The position numbers and the translations under genes are program-made. Below the pieces are notes generated by a model. That model saw nothing but the letters and a program-made list of their open reading frames with translations. It was not told the origin of the DNA and did no database searches. Below, one piece after another: positions 56,337 through 60,591 of a DNA stretch of 60,591 nucleotides. Positions within the stretch are counted from its first letter, which is position 1. Every line of letters begins with the position of its first letter. This DNA is from an uncultured Bacteroides sp. GTDB lineage: Bacteria > Bacteroidota > Bacteroidia > Bacteroidales > SM23-62. The stretch is taken from positions 1 to 60,591 of the forward strand of contig CAZGOR010000001.1 of NCBI GenBank assembly GCA_964527875.1, read 5' to 3'.

Positions 56337-59300
56337 CTGAAGCGATTCATTTTCATATTATCCTTTCTTTTAGCCGGGCAGTTCCTGTTTGGGCAGGATA
56401 CAATCTGGTTTGAAGGATTTAATTATCCTGATAATACCACAGATCCCGGAAATGGGAAATGGTCAAGAGATATTACAGATTGTACTCTAGATGGGGATGA
56501 TCACTTTGAAGTTAGGAATGGTCAATTTTCGGGGAATGATTTGGATGGTATGGCGATATGGACATCAGAGGTTATTGATATTTCTTCTGAAACGGAAGTA
56601 AAGATCATAGTAGATCTGACTTCCTCTGCGAATATGGAAACTGATCATGATACTTTAAGAGTATATTATAAACTTGATGATGGACCAGAGACCTTGTTGA
56701 CTAATGGTGATCAGGTTGGCAGTTTTTATTCAGCTACTCCGGTTACTTGTGGATCTGGTTTAAATGGGAATACGCTCCAGATAGTTATTAAAGCTAAAAA
56801 TACCTGGGAAGATGAATTTTATTATTTCGATAATATTCTGGTTTATACAATGGATGAGGACATGGAGCCGGGAGGAGCCAATACACTTTATGCAATTGCA
56901 GATGGGAATTGGGATGATGGTAATATCTGGTCCACATCTGAAGGTGGTCCATCATGTTCGTGCATTCCGGATGCAAACAGTGATGTAAGAGTAGGATGTG
57001 GTTATACTATTAATATAAATAATATAGCAGTTGCAAATGCGAAAAACATCACAATTTACAAAGGCGCTATCTTACAATGGACAAGTAACAATAATCTGAA
57101 TATAAGGAATGGTGGTAAGCTTTGGATTAAATATGGGGGTAAGCTTGATGAAAATGGGCAAAATAATGCTTATCTAATTTTCCAGGACGATAATTATGAC
57201 TATGATTTTGAGAATGACGGAATTGTGAATGTTGATCGAATTTATTTGGAGAATGCAAACGGAAATGTTGATGTTACAGGTACACAAAAAATTTCAATAT
57301 TAAATGATATACGCTTTGGGGATAACAACGTTAAACTGACGAATTATACTACAATTGACATTGGTGATGATATTGATTGTCAATCCTACTCAGGAACTTT
57401 AGATAATTATAGTATAATCAATTTAACAGATAACTTATCTCATATTGATGCATCGGAAGTAATCTATTATAACAGATCCGGATCAACTTCAAACTGGGGA
57501 GGAAATAACATTGATCAACAATTGCAATTGTATGCTGATTCTGAAAGTAACTTAATTAAGTATAATCTTGGTGATGCACAAGATGTAATAGTACCCCAAG
57601 ATGCATACTGGAATGTTGAGTTTTCAAATTCCGGAAATAAAACTCTTCTGGGATCCATTGATATTAATAATGATTTAACAATTTCTGGAACATCGCAATT
57701 AACAGTTAATACAAACGATATTGAGATCGCAGGGGATTGGATTATTACAAGTTCAAATGGAGATCCTTTTGTCGAGGGTAATGGAACAGTAACTTTCGAT
57801 GGTTCAGATTCGCAAAATATATCAAAAAGTGGCATAGAAACTTTTAATAATCTAATTATAAGTAATACCGGTTCGGGAATCCAGCTAACAACAGGAAATG
57901 TTTCCGTATCAGGTACACTAACAATGAGTTCTGGCAATATTGATCCAGGTACAGGATTTATCAGAATAAGTAATGGTTCCCCTGCGGCTCTTAGTTACAA
58001 CTCAGGGACAGTTCTTGGAGAAATGAGGAGAAATATTAATTCGAACTCAACATATTTCTTCCCTGTTGGTAATGAAAATTACAAGAATTTTTTAACCATT
58101 GATATTAACACCCTGACAACAGGAGGATATCTGTATGTTGAATTTATATCATCAGATCCGGGGAATACCGGTGGTTTTCCAATTTCAGATGGATCATTAA
58201 ATGTCGATGGGCAATTTACTGATGGATACTGGGATGTTACTGCTGATGGCACTCTTGCAATAGCAAGTTATGATCTGATCCTGGAAGCGAATGGGTTTAC
58301 AAGTTATAGCCTGAACACCTCTTCGAGAATTATTAAAAGAACAAATGGTGGTTCCTGGGGTGTTGATGGAACACATGCGGATGCCAGCCCACCTGAGGTA
58401 TACAGAAATGCTTTAACCGGAGGGATATCAACATCAGGAACTCAATTTGGCATTGGATATACAGATTGCATCACATTTGATACCCAGCCTTCCTCCCAGA
58501 CCAAATGTTCAGGGGATAATGTTTCTTTTTCAGTAACTGTTTCTTCATCAGGTACAATTACTGGATATCAGTGGCAAAAGGATGGTGTGAATCTTACGGG
58601 AGAAACAAATTCAACATTGTTATTAACCGGCATTGATTCATCAGATGCAGGCGGATACAGATGTGTGGTTACGACAACCTGTGGTACCGGAGTAAGTCAG
58701 ACAGCTACCCTGTCAATTGAGGAACCTTTTGCTGGTTTAGGATACGCGTATCGAAAAACGATTACCATTAGTGCAACAAAAGTTGATGGTACTGAAGACC
58801 TAATTAATTTTCCATTGCTTGTCAATTTAACGGATCCTGATCTGGCAACAACTGGAAATGGGGGGTATGTTGAGAATTCATCAGGATATGACATTGTTTT
58901 TGCAGATAAAAACGGTTATAAACTGGATCACCAGGTTGAAAGATATGTTGCAACAACCGGTGAATATGTAGCATGGGTTCGTATACCTGTTTTATCTTAT
59001 GATACTGATACCGAAATTGAAATCATTTATGGTAATCCCCAGGTAACCGCAAATCCATCAACACCTAATACTTGGAGTGGGAACTATGTTGGAGTCTGGC
59101 ATTTAGATGATCTCACAGATGCAACTGCTTATGGCAATGATGGATCTGGTTCTGCTACCACCAATATAACAGGACTCATCGGGAATGCAGAAGAGTTTGA
59201 TGCAAGTTCTGATACTATTACAGTTACAACGAACAGTTGGGATATTACCAATGGATCAGTAAGTGCATGGGTAAAAAATAATGGCAACCCAGGTTCAACA

Positions 59301-60591
59301 TATATTTTTGGACATACAAATGCGCCGGCCTGGGAAGACCGCCTTCAGCTTTATATGGATGGTAGCAACCAAATGCTGGATCTTGGCTTAGGGGACAGTC
59401 ATACGAAGGATCTGAATATATATGAACTTTTAGTAGGATCATGGTATTATGTTGTATTGAGTTGGGATGATGCGAATAATTATGAAGTTTTCGTTAATGG
59501 CGTTTCCAGAACAAGTGGCACATATGCAGGAATGGCCGACATTTACTCCGTTGCAGATATAGGCAACACAGGTAATCCACCTAATCGGACTGAGGGCTGG
59601 AATGGTATTATTGATGAAGTCCGCGTTTCAACAGAAAAACGGACAGAAGGTTGGAATAAAACAGAGTATTCAAATCAATTTAATCCTTCTACTTTCTATT
59701 CAGTTTCCGGTCAGTCTGGTTATTCGGATTACTTTTTCGGCCCGGTTTGTAAAGGTAATACGGTTACTTACAGTGTGCCTGCATTATATGATACATATAC
59801 CTGGACAGTAAACAGTGGAACGATAATTTCCGGTGATGGCACTTCATCAATAGATGTATCCTGGAATGGTTCCGGACCATATTCAATTTCACTCACTGTA
59901 GCAATTGATGGTTGTTCGGGCAGTTCAGGGAGTTATACAATGTCAATTAATCTTATACCAACTGCCACTGCAACACCAGATAATGATACTATTTGTAATG
60001 GAGATCAAACCTTTATTGTCCTCACAAGTGATGTTGCAAATACGACTTTTACACTTCAGGTTTTATATGACGGAAGTATAACTGGTGCTTCAACTACCCT
60101 GGATGGAGATACGATAAAACAAACACTTACCAATCCGACAGATGATGCCGATTCAGTTGTTTACAGGATTGTTCCCACGGGTCCCGGGCCAACAAATTGT
60201 GTCGGTTTTGCGGATACGGCGGTGGTATGGGTTAATCCAACACCGAAAATTGAAATCATTGCAAATGATACAATTATTTGCAATGGTAATAATGTGACCA
60301 TTAATATTAATGATCCACACAATAAGAAATCTGGAATTTGGATGTATGATCTTACTGTAACAGCAGATGCTGAGATTTCTGGTGAAGAATCAAGTGGTAG
60401 TGACCTTACTGGATTAATTATAACTAACACACTGGGTAATAACGATACTATTGTTCACAAAGTTGAATATGAATTCACTCCGAAAATATTTATTGAGGGA
60501 AAAATCTTGTACTGTGAGAACGGAATAGACACGACAATCACGATATGGGTGAACCCGACACCTGACATAAGGGTGAGCGTACCGGATACGG
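56337..60591 (+). CDS. very large secreted adhesin-like protein, 3'-partial (Ig-like, DUF2341, LamG-like, PKD-like repeats)
   Basis: This frame is open from 56316 to the window end, so it is absent from the ORF track. Signal peptide (L)KRFIFILSFLLAGQFLFGQD. Ig-like unit YQWQKDGVNLTGETNSTLLLTGIDSSDAGGYRCVV. DUF2341-like YAYRKTITISATKVDGTEDLINFPLLVNL...YVAWVRIPVL...EIEIIYGN. LamG-like WYYVVLSWDDANNYEVFVNG...IDEVRVS. No ATG is available; CTG 56337 or ATA 56334 are the only start candidates. Confidence 0.7.
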   Translation, partial: MKRFIFILSFLLAGQFLFGQDTIWFEGFNYPDNTTDPGNGKWSRDITDCTLDGDDHFEVRNGQFSGNDLDGMAIWTSEVIDISSETEVKIIVDLTSSANMETDHDTLRVYYKLDDGPETLLTNGDQVGSFYSATPVTCGSGLNGNTLQIVIKAKNTWEDEFYYFDNILVYTMDEDMEPGGANTLYAIADGNWDDGNIWSTSEGGPSCSCIPDANSDVRVGCGYTININNIAVANAKNITIYKGAILQWTSNNNLNIRNGGKLWIKYGGKLDENGQNNAYLIFQDDNYDYDFENDGIVNVDRIYLENANGNVDVTGTQKISILNDIRFGDNNVKLTNYTTIDIGDDIDCQSYSGTLDNYSIINLTDNLSHIDASEVIYYNRSGSTSNWGGNNIDQQLQLYADSESNLIKYNLGDAQDVIVPQDAYWNVEFSNSGNKTLLGSIDINNDLTISGTSQLTVNTNDIEIAGDWIITSSNGDPFVEGNGTVTFDGSDSQNISKSGIETFNNLIISNTGSGIQLTTGNVSVSGTLTMSSGNIDPGTGFIRISNGSPAALSYNSGTVLGEMRRNINSNSTYFFPVGNENYKNFLTIDINTLTTGGYLYVEFISSDPGNTGGFPISDGSLNVDGQFTDGYWDVTADGTLAIASYDLILEANGFTSYSLNTSSRIIKRTNGGSWGVDGTHADASPPEVYRNALTGGISTSGTQFGIGYTDCITFDTQPSSQTKCSGDNVSFSVTVSSSGTITGYQWQKDGVNLTGETNSTLLLTGIDSSDAGGYRCVVTTTCGTGVSQTATLSIEEPFAGLGYAYRKTITISATKVDGTEDLINFPLLVNLTDPDLATTGNGGYVENSSGYDIVFADKNGYKLDHQVERYVATTGEYVAWVRIPVLSYDTDTEIEIIYGNPQVTANPSTPNTWSGNYVGVWHLDDLTDATAYGNDGSGSATTNITGLIGNAEEFDASSDTITVTTNSWDITNGSVSAWVKNNGNPGSTYIFGHTNAPAWEDRLQLYMDGSNQMLDLGLGDSHTKDLNIYELLVGSWYYVVLSWDDANNYEVFVNGVSRTSGTYAGMADIYSVADIGNTGNPPNRTEGWNGIIDEVRVSTEKRTEGWNKTEYSNQFNPSTFYSVSGQSGYSDYFFGPVCKGNTVTYSVPALYDTYTWTVNSGTIISGDGTSSIDVSWNGSGPYSISLTVAIDGCSGSSGSYTMSINLIPTATATPDNDTICNGDQTFIVLTSDVANTTFTLQVLYDGSITGASTTLDGDTIKQTLTNPTDDADSVVYRIVPTGPGPTNCVGFADTAVVWVNPTPKIEIIANDTIICNGNNVTININDPHNKKSGIWMYDLTVTADAEISGEESSGSDLTGLIITNTLGNNDTIVHKVEYEFTPKIFIEGKILYCENGIDTTITIWVNPTPDIRVSVPDT

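Noticed and set aside
57515-57937. 140-aa minus-strand ORF and other antisense or off-frame ORFs (for example 58697-58894, 59245-59442, 59602-59811, 60161-60430)
   Set aside because: All lie inside the long open plus-strand frame that encodes recognisable Ig-like, DUF2341 and LamG-like domains. The shadow ORFs have no domain signal.

Overview
About 60.6 kb of AT-rich chromosome that looks Bacteroidota-like. Evidence: type IX secretion C-terminal sorting domains, the FtsX-DUF3098-UppP-TruB-QueA block, a GH3-family gene, a PadR-PspC pair and TAnnTTTG-type promoter boxes. All calls come from reading the ORF translations and the DNA by eye; no homology search was run.

Most of the window is housekeeping: tyrS, efp, tsaB, queA, truB, uppP, ftsX, ilvE, rdgB, recO, tRNA-Gln, tRNA-Asn, and the polyamine genes pdaD-speB plus a deoxyhypusine-synthase-like gene.

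Four parts look more accessory:
1. 19.5-26.2 kb: a truncated beta-helix gene, a decayed IS110-like transposase and a decayed HTH gene bracket a three-gene cassette. The cassette encodes a membrane protein, a secreted caspase-like (C14) protease, and a translationally abutted 936-aa repeat lipoprotein.
2. 46.3-50.9 kb: a 1232-aa protein with a periplasmic propeller/Y_Y_Y sensor, a class III adenylate cyclase and an HD domain, divergent from a tandem universal stress protein.
3. 37.1-38.6 kb: a DUF559 endonuclease-like gene nested in C-rich/G-rich hairpin repeats.
4. 56.3 kb to the window end: a very large adhesin-like ORF with no ATG start.

The most unusual feature at sequence level is the intergenic DNA. 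It contains several families of dispersed repeats:
- a roughly 115-bp MITE-like element with terminal inverted repeats (3 copies, two flanking a DUF3108 gene that carries an in-frame TAG);
- CACAGAG/CACAAAG palindromic elements;
- a conserved roughly 54-nt hairpin-plus-tail element;
- many strand-asymmetric (G-free or C-poor) low-complexity tracts built from degenerate 7-8-nt tandem units and shared modules.

No CRISPR array, rRNA or intact transposase is visible. No single obvious new defence system stands out. The caspase cassette and the sensor cyclase/USP pair are the best protein-level candidates, and the repeat families are the best DNA-level candidates.
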